Positions 63,799 through 64,000 of a stretch of 64,000 nt of DNA are shown one piece after another. Location: positions 62,001 to 126,000 of the forward strand of contig OZ316891.1 in assembly GCA_973895155.1 (NCBI GenBank). Reading direction: 5' to 3'. The translations under genes and the position numbers were made by a program. The notes under the pieces were generated by a model that was not told the origin of the DNA, ran no database searches, and saw only the letters and a list, made by a program, of their open reading frames with translations. The stretch is from Marsupella aquatica. Lineage: Eukaryota; Plantae; Marchantiophyta. Numbering within the stretch: the stretch's first letter is position 1; the number at the start of each line of letters is the position of its first letter.

Positions 63799-64000
63799 GT
63801 ATGTCAATATTTCGAACCCATCTCTCTGATCTGCCGGATCCGATGTCTGCAAATAGTCGAGGACAGTAAGGATGAAGGGTTGACTTTGTATAACCCGGCC
63901 ATGGTCACGCACTGAGCAAATTTATGTTTGATTATTCTTGAATTCAGAGCTCGTTAAGCGAAGGGAAGATTCTTACAGAAATTTCTGTTGCTCGTGATTA

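Overview
Eukaryotic, intron-containing, transposon-rich land-plant DNA. It looks bryophyte-like, which is an inference from gene structure, Arabidopsis-type CCCTAAA repeats and the retroelement ORF types. Only two host genes are recognisable: a 2-oxoglutarate/Fe(II) dioxygenase (11088-12470, minus) and the 5' part of pyrroline-5-carboxylate reductase (from 63236, plus). The rest is nested mobile DNA and tandem arrays. The main points of interest are four. (1) A decayed Ty3/Gypsy element (about 29.6-37.2 kb) whose polyprotein carries a C5 DNA-methyltransferase fragment between gag and RT and a PHD finger after the integrase. (2) A 15.6-kb Mutator-like element (40244-55814; 67-bp perfect TIRs, 10-bp TSD) encoding a MuDRA-type transposase, an RPA70-C-like OB-fold protein and a multi-exon zinc-finger gene, with a 139-bp tandem array. 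(3) Inside that element, a 4.6-kb TG...CA insertion with a 5-bp TSD, no LTR pair and an about 1,200-codon reading frame, resembling a protein-coding giant solo LTR. (4) Several MITEs with clear TSDs, Helitron-type termini, a telomere-repeat repair filler and a perfect 37-bp hairpin. All family assignments come from motif recognition by eye; no database searches were run.
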